From Octopus sinensis (lineage: Eukaryota): 64,000 nucleotides of DNA. This document shows, piece after piece, positions 41,146-54,998 of this stretch; the stretch's first letter is position 1, and every line of letters starts with the position of its first letter. The stretch lies in the NCBI RefSeq assembly GCF_006345805.1, contig NC_043011.1, positions 33,678,464 to 33,742,463 of the forward strand, in the 5' to 3' direction. The notes beneath the pieces are model-generated. The model was not told where the DNA came from. It saw nothing but the letters and a program-made list of their open reading frames with translations, and ran no database searches. The position numbers and the translations under genes are program-made.

Positions 41146-42236
41146 GCATACACACAAAGTGCTTATTTTAGTTTTCATCTTCTAAGTTCCCTCACAAGGC
41201 TTTGATCTGTCAGGGGCTTTACTAGTAGACACTTGTCCAAGGTACCATGCAGTAGAATAGAACCTGAAACAACATAGTTGGGAAACATGGGCCCCACAGA
41301 TGACATGACAGAAAATACTATAATTTGAATGAGATTTGGTGGCTACTATTTCTAGCAAGCTGAGCAGTCATTTGTAGGTTATTTCATTAGCTCCTTGTAG
41401 CATTTGAGCTTAGACAAATTGTTAAGCGGTACTTTAAAAAATACAGTGTCATCATAAGATATAGGAGGCACATGGCTTAGTGGTTAAAGCAGTGGACATA
41501 CAGTTGAGAGATCGCGTGTTCGAATCTGAGACCGGGCGATGTGTGTTTATGAGCAAAATACCTAAGCTCCATGTGGCTCCAGCAGAAGGTAATGATGAAT
41601 TTCTGCTGACTCTTTCACCACAACTTCCCCTCACTCTCTCCTCCTGCATCTAGCAGCTCCCCTGAGATGGACTGGCATCCCATCCAGGTGGGGTGACTAT
41701 ACACCAATGAAACCGGGAAACCAGCCCTTATGAGCCAAGCATGGCACGAGAAGGAACAAACAACAACAACATCAGATAGAAGGTTTTTTCAGGGAAGACT
41801 AAATGCGAAATGAAACAATAATAGAATTCAGTTAATTAATGAATAATAATTGCAGGAGATTTAAATTAAACAATAATAATAAACTGATGCAATAAGAGTA
41901 AAATTTATTAATTATAAATAGCATCATCAGTTTATGACATATTTCAGCAGAATATTTTCATACAAATATTTCTTTCAGAACTGAAACATTTGTTTTCTTT
42001 TCCCATCAGCATTGATGATTGAAGATGTTTGTTTGTTAAAAGAAGCAGAGACAACAAAAGGCCTGTAGCAAGCATTAATATTAACCTTTTGTATGTCTTT
42101 CATTTCCCTCACTAAATCAATCACTTTGTGTGTATGTATGTATGTATGGATGTATGTGTGAATGTATTGACTCCCTTTCACACCCTTGTATATATGTATG
42201 TGAGCATGTATGTGCATATATACATACATATATATA

Positions 42237-42288
<52 letters not shown>

Positions 42289-42783
42289 TATAAAGAATCA
42301 CACAGACATATAAATATATATATATGTTGGCAGAGAGTTTTTGTCCACTGTTTAGTTCTAGTTGTTGTTTTGCTTTGACTATGGTGTGGCCAAGAAAATG
42401 TTTGATCAAAAGTTTTATAGACATAATTTATCCAATATTTTATTCAGACATATTGTGTGTACATGTGTATGTGTGTACTTAGGGTGATTCATACATATAT
42501 GGCCTAGTGATTAGGATACTGCGTTTACGATCGCGAGATTGTGGTCTTTATTCCCAGACCACACAGTGTTGTGTTCTTGAGCACAACACTCCACTTAATG
42601 TTGCACTGTGATCATTTCAGTATCAGACACACTTGTCTACATGTACAGGCAATGTCAATTTGATGGAGGGAGTGAGCTTGTTGTGTAAAAACAAACATCT
42701 GATCACAATAAAGAAACTATGTGCTGATGGTTCAGCATGAAATAGCAGAACCCTCATCTGTCATTTAATGATGAGAGAGTCCA

Positions 42784-42912
<129 letters not shown>

Positions 42913-42941
42913 TATTGCTAAATACAGAGGTGGTGAATTAA

Positions 42942-43151
42942 CCATTTTGATACCAACCCGGCTCTGGCTCTCAGTACAAATGTCTTGTTTCCATAAGTTT
43001 TGAATTAAAATCTTCCACCAAACCTTAGTCACAATTTATGTTCCTAACACTAGCTTAATGATGACCAAGTTATTTTACTAAATTCTTTGTTATATTTAAA
43101 ATAATTGAAAGACACACAGAGCATCTCAAAATAGATGCAGTAACGAAAGGG
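42942..43151. mobile_element. TTAA-flanked piggyBac-type MITE
   Basis: TTAA|ccattttg...cgaaaggg|TTAA, with the empty paralogous site at about 44315. Related copies at about 24236-24580 and 53882-54091; a second TTAA-type family at about 35753-35975. Confidence 0.75.
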
Positions 43152-43306
43152 TTAATAAGGTTGTACTATGTTTAAACAATTATGAAATCCTGGTATTTAA
43201 TTTGATAAAAGGTGTTTTAGAAAACATAAAATACCATATATGCTTTCAATATTTTATTAAAACTATATCTTTATATATACATACATATATATATATATGT
43301 ATATAG

Positions 43307-43337
<31 letters not shown>

Positions 43338-43400
43338 CATATATATATGTATATATATATAGATATATAGTATACATACATATATATATATATATATATA

Positions 43401-43737
43401 AAAGGGTAAAGACCCCCTTCGGTCAGGCACTGACCATGGGTTTGCACCTAGAGAGATACCTCTGAGGCACAAGTCTGGGCAAGTTGTTTTATGGAAGACC
43501 AGCAGTCGCCCATGCATACCGGCCTCCCCTCTCCACGTCACCGATGTTGTCCAAGGGAAAGGCAAGGGCCGATACAGCTTGGCACCTGTGACGTCGCAAC
43601 TCATTTCTACAGCTGAGTGAACTGGAGCAACGTGAAATAAAGTGCCTTGCTCAAGAACACAACACGCAGCCCCGTCCGGGATTCGAGCTCACAACCTCAC
43701 GATCGTAAGCTCGACGCTCTATCCACTGAGCCATGCG
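43401..43737 (-). mobile_element. tRNA-derived SINE family D (Arg-ACG-like head)
   Basis: Head cgcatggctcagtggatagagcgtcgagcttacgatcgtgagg..., core tgttcttgagcaaggcactttatttcacgttgctccagttcactcagctg. Copies at about 1730-1972, 20620-20937, 21370-21630, 38412-38707, 44455-44745, 44868-45213 (all -). Confidence 0.85.
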
Positions 43738-43808
<71 letters not shown>

Positions 43809-43832
43809 TATATATATGTATATATATATATA

Positions 43833-43863
<31 letters not shown>

Positions 43864-45795
43864 ATGTATATATGTATTAATATATAGATTCATTTTTTAT
43901 TATTCTTTTACATGTTTCAGTCATTTGCTTGTGGCCATATTGGAGCACCGCCTTAAGGGGTTTTTGTCAAAGAAATCAACCCCAGGGCTTATTCTTTGTA
44001 AACCTAGTACTTAATCAATCGGTCTCTTTACTGAACCGCTAAGTTACAGGGACATAAGCACACCAGCATCGGTTGTCAAGCGACGGCAGAGGGAGAAACA
44101 GAGACACACACACACATATATATATAGTTTCTGTCTACCAAATCCACTCACAAGACTTTGGTCAGCACAAGGCTATAGCAGAAAGCACTTGCCCAAGGGG
44201 TCACACAATAGCACTGAACCCAGAACCATGTAGCTGGGACACAACCTTCTTGCCACACCTGTACCTGTATAATTTATATATATATATATATATTGCTAAT
44301 CACTAAGGAGGTGAATTAATAAGGTTATACAATGTTTAAACAGTTAATTATATAATCCTAGCATTTAACTTCATAAAATGTATGTTTTAGAAAGCATAAA
44401 ATACATATATGCTGTCTATATTTTATTAAAACTATATATATATATATATATATAATTGGCACTCCATCGGTTATGATGACTAAGGTTTTAGTTGATCTGA
44501 TCAATGGAACAACTTGCTCATGAAATTAACATGCAAGTGGCTGAGACCTCCACAGACACACGTACCCTTAACATAGATCACTGGGAACTTCAGCATGACA
44601 CAGAATGTGATAAAGCTGGCCTATTTTGAAATACAGGTACTACTCATTTTTGCCAGCTGAGTGAACTGGAGCAACGTGAAATAAAGTGGCTTGCCCAAGG
44701 ACATGTCATGACCTTACAATCGTGAGCTGAATGCCCTAACTACTAACCACTATGTACAGTAAGATAGATGTATGCATGCACTTATAATTAATATTGCATA
44801 ATTATATTTGTAATAGTAATGTTGCATAAGAATTTTTGAAACAGCAGTAGGAATGGAGGAGGAGGAGACTCCCTTCGGCTATGAATGACCATGGTATTGC
44901 ACCTAGAAAGTTAACTTCTGAAGCACAAGTCAGAGCAAGATTGTTTGTGGAGGGCAAGATTATTGTGGAGGGCCAGCAGTTGTCCATGCATATCAGCCTC
45001 CCTTCTACACACCACCAATGTTATCCAAGTGAAAGGCAAAGGCCGATACAGCTTGGCACCAGTGATGTCGCAACTCATTTCTACAGCTGAGTTAACTGGA
45101 GCAACGTGAAACAAAGTGTCTTGCTCAAGAACACAACACACAGCCCGGTCCAGGAATTAAACTCACAACCTCATGATCATAAGCCCTACGCTCTATCCAC
45201 TGAGCCATGTGCCTTAAATATTTTGAAATATCACTGATGTTGTTTTCTATTATTCTTTCAAATATAGTTTGCCCTGTCCATGCATTAAAGCCTATTTCAT
45301 TGTACATGTAATTTTGTACATGAATATGCATTTCCCAAGGAATTTTTGGAGTTCAATGTGATGTCCTATATTGATTTTTAAAATATATTGTTACATGACA
45401 TGTTTATGCAATACATCGTGAAGTTGTATATATGTGTGTCTACATATATGTATATATGTTTGAAAGTATGTATGTATATGTAATAATCAAAGTGTATAGA
45501 CACTAATGTGTGTGTATATTCATCTGTGAATATGTTGATAAATTTACAGTATCACCTGTAAAAACAAAGTGGGTGTTGCACTTAGAATTGTAGATTGGGA
45601 AGTAGATAAAAAAAAAGCACTAGATTGAAATAAGTAGATTAAAAATGCCTCAAGGTTACACTCCAGCATGGCCACAATTCAATGGTTGGGACAAATAAAA
45701 AGAATCTATCTATCTATCTATATCTGTGTGCATGTTGTGGTGTATATATATATATAAGAGAATAGAGTTAGAGAAAGACAAACATATATATGCAT

Positions 45796-45912
<117 letters not shown>

Positions 45913-46151
45913 CAATAATAAAAGGGTAAATTTAATTATTATTAATTAATTTTACCAAGTAGTATTCAGTATGTAAACAGACCATTTACAGTATATTTAA
46001 AACATTACGTTATATAATTAGGGTTCAGTAAAATAATTTACTTTGCCACACACCGAACTTTTAGAGATAGCAGCCAAAAAATCTTAGCTATTTCTTCTAC
46101 TATAAGAAAAGTCTCCCAGACAATGTATACTCAAAAATAATTCACGATAGG

Positions 46152-46242
<91 letters not shown>

Positions 46243-46500
46243 GAATGTGTGTGTGTGTATTCAACCAGTTAATCACTATATACTGTATATATTGTATGTT
46301 ATTTAGTTTCCTGTCTGTCCATATGCAGTGATTTCATTCACACATTGGATACTACATTCAAACAAACAAACAAACAGAATAATAAAACAAAACACATAAA
46401 CAAATAAAATAAAAATACAAATACTAACAATAATATATTCATCTTTACTTCAAGAGAGAAGATTATTTTGATCAGAATTGGTCAACCCACATAGTTGGAT

Positions 46501-46514
46501 GTTGCCATAGTAAC
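46501..46514. promoter_or_regulatory. RFX X-box consensus match
   Basis: GTTGCCATAGTAAC in non-repeat sequence; motif match only. Confidence 0.35.
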
Positions 46515-46634
46515 CAAAAATCTTCGAAGATGCTGGGCATATAGCTGTTTGTGCTGATAACAGTTTTTAAAAAAAATATCAGTAAGGACTATTGTATGAC
46601 AGAGATTGAGAGAGTGTGTGCGTGTGTGTGTGTC

Positions 46635-46688
<54 letters not shown>

Positions 46689-46905
46689 GGGGGTCTGTGT
46701 GAGGATAAGTGGAGATGAGTAAATGGAGAAAGAGTAAAAGAAAGAGATGAAATTAGACAAACTCAGCAAGGAGGCCTAAAGGATATGATTTCATCAATAA
46801 TGTGTTTTATTTTTTTTTGTAATAAAACACACACACGTGGACATATAGTTATGTACTCACAGGTGTACTCATATGAGTATATATATATATAATTATATAT
46901 AATAT

Positions 46906-46942
<37 letters not shown>

Positions 46943-47088
46943 GTATGTATATATATATGTATGTATATTATATATAATGTATGTATATATATTATGTATG
47001 TGTGTGTATGTATATATATATATATCATACATAGATAGATAGCTAGATAGATACGGACAGATAGATAAATATCCAGATAGATAGATGC

Positions 47089-47126
<38 letters not shown>

Positions 47127-47136
47127 GAGAGAGAGT

Positions 47137-47159
<23 letters not shown>

Positions 47160-47170
<11 letters not shown>

Positions 47171-47190
47171 TAAGACAGATAGATAGATAA

Positions 47191-47226
<36 letters not shown>

Positions 47227-47231
47227 CAGAC

Positions 47232-47306
<75 letters not shown>

Positions 47307-47365
47307 CGATAGATAGATAGATGATGATAGATAGATAGATAGATAGAGATAGATAGACAGACAGA
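47160..47365. repeat. (GATA)n microsatellite
   Basis: Seen directly. Confidence 0.95.
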
Positions 47366-47381
47366 TATGGATATTTGCATA

Positions 47382-47712
47382 TCTATTATATAAAATCCGA
47401 TCTGTCTGTCTGTGTGTCTTCTAGGATCTCAGGCATACTCCATCTAATTGCGCTCAAATTTGATGTGTAGATACTGATGGTATCAGAGTGTGTATAAGTC
47501 TTGAAAAAATTACAAAAATCGATTCCAGGTGAGAATGCCATCAATAAAGTCGTGGGAATGTGCATTTTTATAATCGTTTTTCTTGGAATCGAAAAAAAGT
47601 CTATCTTTATTTCTTCTTTTGCTGGTGTCTCAAATTTAGATTAAATCAGTGTTTCTCAAAGGGGAGGCCTATGAGACAATCGGACAAGTTGTTTTGAGGA
47701 AATTTGGTTTAA
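47382..47712 (+). mobile_element. Helitron-like element, 3'-truncated copy
   Basis: Co-linear with 3872-4190. Confidence 0.7.
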
Positions 47713-47759
47713 ATACACCTGCTTATTCTTCCCTCACATATCTGTGTCTTTTGTTTTCC

Positions 47760-47815
47760 CCTTCAGGCTTCTGGAATGACTGAACTGCCATTCGGTCATT
47801 CCAGAAGTCTGAAGG
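47760..47815 (+). repeat. 25-bp stem, 6-nt loop hairpin
   Basis: CCTTCAGGCTTCTGGAATGACTGAA-ctgcca-TTCGGTCATTCCAGAAGTCTGAAGG; the only deviations are two G.U pairs. Confidence 0.85.
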
Positions 47816-47974
47816 ACCCAGGATCCCGTTAGGGGCCTGTGAAACCTGAAGTAGCACAGAACTGAATCAGACTGTTATAAATAATACATGTAACACCTAT
47901 TGAATGTGTTGAGTGCTCATTTCTTTCATTTGTTTACTCACTCATGTGTGTATACACCGGCAGGGTCTTGCTGC

Positions 47975-48017
47975 TCTGCATTGATAAAGGGCAAATACCC
48001 TGAAACTAGTCTGCAGA
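47975..48017 (+). ncRNA. Decayed minimal hammerhead motif
   Basis: TCTGCA-TTGATAA-AGGG-caaata-CCCT-GAAA-CTAG-TC-TGCAGA. All three stems are perfect with a GUC site, but the core has two transitions from CTGATGA. Confidence 0.65.
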
Positions 48018-48239
48018 TACCTGACCAGCAAGAGGAAGCAGCTGACCTCCCCTGTCCGAAGGTTATAATGAACACAGGTTCATGTGTCACATAGCTAGCT
48101 AGAGGCGATGGCCTCTTGGAGCTAATCAATGGCAGCATTCATCCTATATTTCTGGACTGCCATATTAGCTTGGCAATAACTATTAATATATATATATATA
48201 TACAAACATACATATATATACATACAAACATACATACAT

Positions 48240-48284
<45 letters not shown>

Positions 48285-48339
48285 TAATATATATATATAT
48301 ACACACACACATATGTACATACACACACACACATTTTTA

Positions 48340-48477
48340 CAGTCATAGCTAAAATTTGGAACATTTTTTTAAAACATAAAATTGTTATACCCAAGTACAT
48401 TTTTATTCATGCACTTGGGCATTTAATATAAGAATTCTAATTTTCAGACCTACGTTCCAAACTTTTGGCCACAACTG
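48340..48477. mobile_element. Tc1-type MITE
   Basis: TA|cagtcatagctaaaatttggaac ... gttccaaacttttggccacaactg|TA. Confidence 0.55.
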
Positions 48478-48656
48478 TATATATATATATATATATATAT
48501 ATTACATACATTTAATACTTATATGTATGTAATATAATTTTTCTGAATCTTCAGATTTTAATGTGCTAGACCACCGGTTCTAAATTGATATTAATCAAAT
48601 TAATATTCAATTCAATTTTTCACCCTTATTATTTTAAATTCATATATATATATATA

Positions 48657-49581
48657 GATCCAGTCTGATCTATATGTTGTGAATCAATGGGCAGACAAAA
48701 ACAAAATGCAACTGAACAAAGGAAAATTTGAGCTGATGTATTTTGGAAGAAAGTCCACACTAAAACAGCCATACTCTCTTCCTTCGGGGGAGCTGCTCAC
48801 AGCCTCTAACAGTATCAGAGACCTGGACGTAATTGTTGATGACAATCTCAGTTGGGGTGCCCACATCAACAATAAGGTCGATATAGCTCGTAGGATGAGC
48901 TCCTGGATCTTAAGAACCTTCCGGTCCAGAGAACAAGGTGTCATCATACCACTTTTCTCCTCCTTTGTACGGCTACACCTCGAATACTGCTGCCCACTGT
49001 GGTCTCCCCATACAAGACAAAATATCATGAGGATTGAATCACCCCAGAGGGCACTCACTAAATGAATTGAAGGCATGACTGCTCTCGATTATTGGGACTG
49101 CTTTAAGCCTTGAAACTCTACTCTCTCCAATGCCGCCACGAGCGGTACATCATTTGTACAATGTGGAGAATATACCGTCAACTTTGCCCAAATGACCTGA
49201 ACATTAGTTTCAAGGTTCATTCAAGGCTGGGACTACGGGCATACATCCCCTGCCCAATTCAGGATCACAGCATATAGGTACACTGCAACATAATTTCTTT
49301 TCCTCAACAGGCCCTGCCCTGTTTAACATTGTCCCGAAAGAGATCAAAGAGGAAAAGGCTCCCATCAACTTTAAACGGTGTCTGGATAGATTTCTTCAAG
49401 GAATACCAGATATGCCACCCATAATTGGATACAACTCACCCAACAAGAACTCACTACTTGAATGGACCATAAACAAAATTTGACTAAAACAGCATTTAGA
49501 TAGTCCTATCAGGTGGTGCTATTAAGTTAGACATGGCCTGGACCAATCTTTGGTCGAAACATATCTAAGTTTATCTAAGTT
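48657..49581 (+). mobile_element. CR1-group LINE, 5'-truncated
   Basis: WADKNKMQLNKGK...RDLDVIVDDNLSW...FVRLHLEYCCPLWSPH; 3' hairpin GACC/GGTC and tandem (atctaagttt)2 tail. Confidence 0.85.
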
Positions 49582-49598
49582 TATATATATATATATAT

Positions 49599-49658
<60 letters not shown>

Positions 49659-50179
49659 AAGAGAGAGATGGATAAATGGATGGATAGATACCACTCATAT
49701 GGATATGTATCCATATATATGTCATCATAATCATACCTAGTTCTTGCTAGCTCCTTGGCAGTGAGTGTTGTCTTGAACATCTTGTTTGTACTGACATACA
49801 CACTACACTACACTAAATACATAGATACATTCATTCATTCATTCACTTATCTATTTATATACAAATATATACTCCTTTACTGTTTTCAGTTATTAGCATG
49901 TGGCCAGGCAGAAGTGCAGTTCATATCTCCCACTTATTTTATCAATTTTTATTCATCAAACAACAAAGTTTACTGGACATGAAGAAACACGAACATAAAC
50001 AGTATTGTTCTGTTTTTTTTTTGTTTAAAACTGGTGAAAGCATAATCACATATATGGCAGGCTTCCACACAATTTCCATCTATCAATATCACTTAAAAGT
50101 CATTATGTAATCTAAATGGATGTGTAGTGGTAGAGACTTGACTAAAGTTTCTTGAACTAAACAAACATACACACACAAC

Positions 50180-50218
<39 letters not shown>

Positions 50219-51529
50219 GATGTCTTTATTTACACAGGACATAATAGTTAGTGCTCCTCACAGCTTGCCTATTAATGTGAAATAATATATTAGTCTGGCA
50301 ACTGTCAACACCTCCATCTGTTTATACTGGTCGGTAATCTTAATAAGCTGTATTGTGAGTAGGTGGGTATGGTGGGTGTATGTTTGTGTGTGTGTGTGTC
50401 TAGCTGCAGGTGTGACTGTGTGGTAAGAATTTTGCTTCCCAATCACATGGTTTTTAGTTCAGTCCCACAGTGTGGTACCTTGAGCAAGCTTCTTCCACTA
50501 TAGCCCTGGGCAGGGCAGATTTGGTAGATGGAAATTAAAAGGAACCCATTGCATATATATATATATAATGGTTCCTCGTGTTGAACTGTTAGTCCCTACG
50601 ATTTTTTCTCTCTCCATTTTTTTCTTCTCAATCCTTTCCATCGAAGAGCGTAGGCTTGAACATTACAGACTTTTCCATTCTTCCCGAGCATCAAACTGAT
50701 ACACCTGCTTGTTATTCCCTCACTTGTCTTCATCTTTTTTTCTCTGTAAATTTGAACTCTGTGTGTGTATGTGCATGTATGTGTATGTGTGTAAGAGAGT
50801 GTTTATGTTTGTGTTTGTCTCCCACTGCTGCTTGACAGCTGGTGTTGGCTAGTTTACATCCCTGGCACCTAACGGTTCAGCAAAAGAGTCTAATAGAAAA
50901 ATCACCAGTCTTAAAAGAAAATAAGTAGTGTTCTGAGGTCAATTCATTCAAGTAAACCCTTCAAGGCAGTCTGAGTTGGGCAAGTGTCTTTTCTGCTTTT
51001 ATAATGGTTTGACCTGAAAAAAGGGCTTATGTCCATGCTTTCAACGGCTCACCAAGAACAGTGAGATACCTATGTGGGTGATGTCTTACTGAAGAAGTTG
51101 GAAGCTAATGGCTGCACAGCAGGAACAGATATAAACAAAGAGAGGATTCCAAATGACTGAGATAGGCTGCAGAAGTGATAAATGCAGGGCCTTGATGGTG
51201 AGAGAAATGTGGATGAAGTCAAGTAGGATGGATACTGTATAAGTGTCGAGAGCAAGAGAGATGAATTTGTTGAGTGACATTGGGGACCAGCCATCTCTAA
51301 GGAGGAGACCACCCCACTCCACAGTAGCTGTACCAAAGGTAGACTGAGGAGGCAACTAAAGGTTGAAGCTTTGTTATCATCATCAGCACTGTTGAACATC
51401 CGTTTTCCACACTGGCATGAGTTGGATGGTTTGATAAGAGCTGGTGAATCAGAAAACTGTGCCAAGCTCTTTTGTCCACTTTGGCATGGTTTCAACAGCT
51501 AGATGCTCTTCTTAAAGTCAATCAGTATA

Positions 51530-51588
51530 TGAGGGTGAGTCAGAAAATAATGCAAATACAAACTGAATTATTTTCTGACTCACCTTTG
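51530..51588. mobile_element. 59-bp mariner-type mini-MITE
   Basis: TA|tgagggtgagtcagaaaataat-15 nt-attattttctgactcacctttg|TA. Confidence 0.65.
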
Positions 51589-51643
51589 TATGTTTTGTAT
51601 ATTTATTGCACAGTACAGTTAATTATATATATATATATATACA

Positions 51644-52027
51644 CGAGCAAAATGTCCTCCGTCCAATAGATGGTGCTGAGTTGTCAAACATTTAAACCAA
51701 ATTTTCTTAAAACAACTTGTCCGGCCGTCCCACAGGCTTCCCATTTTAAGAAACACTGATTTAATCTAAATTTGAAACACCAGCAAAAGAAGAAATAAAG
51801 ATAGATTTTTTTTCTATTCCAAGAAAAACCGTTTTACAAATGCATGTTCCCACAGCTTTATCGATCATATTCTCACCTGGAATCGATTTTTGTAATTTTT
51901 TCAAGACTTATACATACTCTGATACCATCGGTATCTACATATCAAATTTGAGTGCAATCAGATGGAGTATGCTGGAGATCCTAAAAGACACACACACAGA
52001 CAGACTGAACGGATTTTATATAATATA
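51644..52027 (-). mobile_element. Helitron-like element copy
   Basis: Reverse complement of 3872-4244, including the hairpin and CTCG end. Confidence 0.7.
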
Positions 52028-52320
52028 TATATACGTTATTTAAAAGCAGCAGAAATATAACAAAATCTGCTTTTAAATAAAGCATATTACTCTACCTCTG
52101 GTATTTGAGTACTCTTTTTTCCACCTTGTTTCACATTTATGTGCTTACTCCGGTATATATATATATATCATATCATATCCACACCGGTCTGCATCATCTA
52201 TATTCCTCTATAAACTGAAAATTTCCAATCAGCTAAGCTTACTGGAGTTACGACCCTTGCAAGTTATTTGTTTGGATTTTAAATGCCCTTTTCTTGAAGG
52301 AGGTTCAGTCAACTAATTAT

Positions 52321-52620
52321 TTGTTTGTTCCTTCTCGAGCCATTCCTGGCTCATAGGGCCAGTTTCCTGGTTTCCTTGGCATATAGTTCCCCAACTGGAT
52401 AGGACGCCGGTCCATCGCAGGTGAGCTGCAAGATGCAGGAGAAAAGAGTGAGAGAAAGTTGTGGTGAAAGAATCAGCAGAAGTTCACCATTACCTTCTGC
52501 CGGAGCCACATGGAGCTTAGGTGTTTTGCTCATAAACACACACATTGCCCGGTCTGAGATTCGAACCCGTGATCCCTGGACTGCGAGCCTGCTGCTCTAA
52601 CCACTAGGCCAAGTGCCTCC
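52321..52620 (-). mobile_element. SINE family A variant (same type as 41464-41770)
   Basis: Same head; tail ...aggaaactggccctatgagccagg...gaaggaacaaacaa. Confidence 0.8.
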
Positions 52621-52912
52621 ACTAGTTAATTACTTGAATTGTCTCAATTGATTGAAGATTATCACTTCACTGTATTGAGTATTAGAGGTCCTGCCATATT
52701 TATAAACATAAGATCGTGTAATTATCAAATCATCTGGGGACACTATAGTAATTGGTGTCCTATCTAAAAGAAGGTGGGGAGATTTACACCCTGGGAGATA
52801 GTGGTCATGACACCAGAATTAGAAACTATCCTTTATAAGTCCTTTGCAATACTTGATAACAACATAGACAGAAGTATATACAAACATTATATATATATAT
52901 ATATATGTATGT

Positions 52913-53320
52913 ATATAAATTAGAGATAAAACCACTATTACGCAACTCAAACATTGATAGACATTAACCAATACATAAATAACAAATAATATATATTTTT
53001 ATAAAACATATAACTTATAACTAGATCTCAAAAAGTATTAAAATGAATGACCAATATATAATATATTATATTATATTATATTAAATTATATTATATATTA
53101 ATTATGATCATTCATTTTTATACTTTTTGAGATCTAGTTATAAGTTATATGTTTTATAAAAATATATATTATTTGTTATTTATGTATTGGTTAATGTCTA
53201 TCAATGTTTGAGTTGCAAAATAGTGGTTTTATCTCTAATTTATATTTTATATATTTATACAGTGAAATTTGATTTAATACCAAATTGAATTTTTCCCTGT
53301 AAGTTTGGAGTTATACTCCC

Positions 53321-53330
<10 letters not shown>
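52913..53330. mobile_element. Fold-back element related to 61018-61562
   Basis: About 138-bp inverted arms (52913-53050, 53108-53245). Shares tagaga(t/c)aaaaccactatta and the tail atttttccctgtaa.tttgga.ttat..ccctaatat with the 61018 element; (TA)n flanks; no hammerhead retained. Confidence 0.7.
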
Positions 53331-53370
<40 letters not shown>

Positions 53371-53545
53371 TATATACAATTATGCATTCACAGTTGCACA
53401 CTCTTACACATGGACATATACATACATATATACTTATTACACACTAACACATACACATTCGTGAATGCACACTCATACTACATACAGTCATACACATTCA
53501 CAAATACACAACATACACACTCATAAACAGCCTCATACATGCATA

Positions 53546-53751
53546 TGAAGGGGTGATAAAAAATTCCTTGTTTTAAGGGTGTTGTGAAAGGCCTGGTTGG
53601 AAACCCAACCTTCCAAGTTCTTTTACAGGGCTTAGGAAAACTGCAATAAGGGTATGAATCTGAGAGGGGAATATGTTCAATAAAATCATAATTAATTAAT
53701 TCTCCTGTATTTTCTTTTACCCAAAACCAGAAACTTTTCAGCACCCCCTCA
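53546..53751. mobile_element. Mariner-type MITE
   Basis: Decayed TIRs tgaaggggtgataaaaaattcc / gaaacttttcagcaccccctca, with TA at the left end. Confidence 0.6.
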
Positions 53752-54546
53752 CATAGACACACACACACATATATTGCTAAAACAGGCTTGCCATAAAGAT
53801 CTGTGACAGAGAAATTAAAATGTCCACAGTAGAGGAAGTCAGCTATCAGAAATCTTGTATCCTGCAGATGCTAACATAATGTTAACACTTTCCTTACTGC
53901 TTTTATTTCAATTAATTTTGAAAATAAGGAAGAATTCCATAAAATAATTTCGTTTTTATTAAGCTAGTGTTTGGAACATAAATTACCATGAAATTTTGAG
54001 GGAAGGTTTTTAATTTAGACCACTTTAAAGCAAGATGTTTGCATCATAAAACTAAGGATGATTTCAAGTGGGATGGCATCAAAGGGGTTAAAGATATAAA
54101 AAAAGAAAATATTTATGGGAAGCTAATGAGAACTCTACAGTCATTACACCTGGAATTTCAGTATATACCTGTATTCATAGGGGTACCTTGGTTTATGTAA
54201 ATATTTTTATGTGCATTAATCATGAGAAGGTATGTTTTACAAACAAGAAGCAGGGATGACTAATTAAGAAATTATAATCAAAAGCAATTAATGGAACTGT
54301 GAAAATACGTACAATATTTCAGAAGCTGAGCATGTAATAAGTGCATCTACACATAAGTCAAAATATACAGGATTATATGCACAAGCAAAACATACATACA
54401 TGCATACAGACATACATATATTCATGCATAAATACACACACACACATAAACATGCATACACACATGCATACATACATACACACATGCATACATACATACA
54501 TACATACATAATACATACATACATAAATACATACATGCATCTAGGA

Positions 54547-54862
54547 CTTTTTGTCTAAAACACTTCAGTCGAATGTGCTCTGGTCCAATGAACTTTGGTC
54601 TAAAGTAACTTTTGTATAAATACACTATAGTCTAAAGAGATTTTAGTCTAAATGCCCTTTAGTATAAAGACATATTTTTGTCTAAACTCACTTTGGTCTA
54701 ATAACTATTTTGTCTATAGAATCTCAAAGAAACAAGATCTAAATAATTATACTCTGATAATCCTTTTTGTCTTTAGACAAAAATACTTAGATGAAAGTGG
54801 CTTTAGACGAAAATGCTCTTAGACCAAAGTGTCTTAAACTAAAGTGTTAGACCAAAGTGCCA
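54547..54862. repeat. Opposed arrays of a 15-17-bp-spaced TTTGGTCTA / TAGACCAAA motif
   Basis: About 10 forward motifs at 54547-54718 and about 6 reverse motifs at 54773-54860; resembles the subterminal repeats of a non-autonomous DNA transposon. Confidence 0.65.
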
Positions 54863-54952
54863 TATCCCACATATACATGCATACATATATTGCAGTTCAT
54901 CTGTGTTGTCAGCTCACATACACAACCATTTTTTACACACGACACACACACA

Positions 54953-54998
<46 letters not shown>

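Noticed and set aside
46080-46125. Minus-strand CTGGGAGA...GAAATAGCTA motif
   Set aside because: Core, cleavage triplet and stem I all fail.
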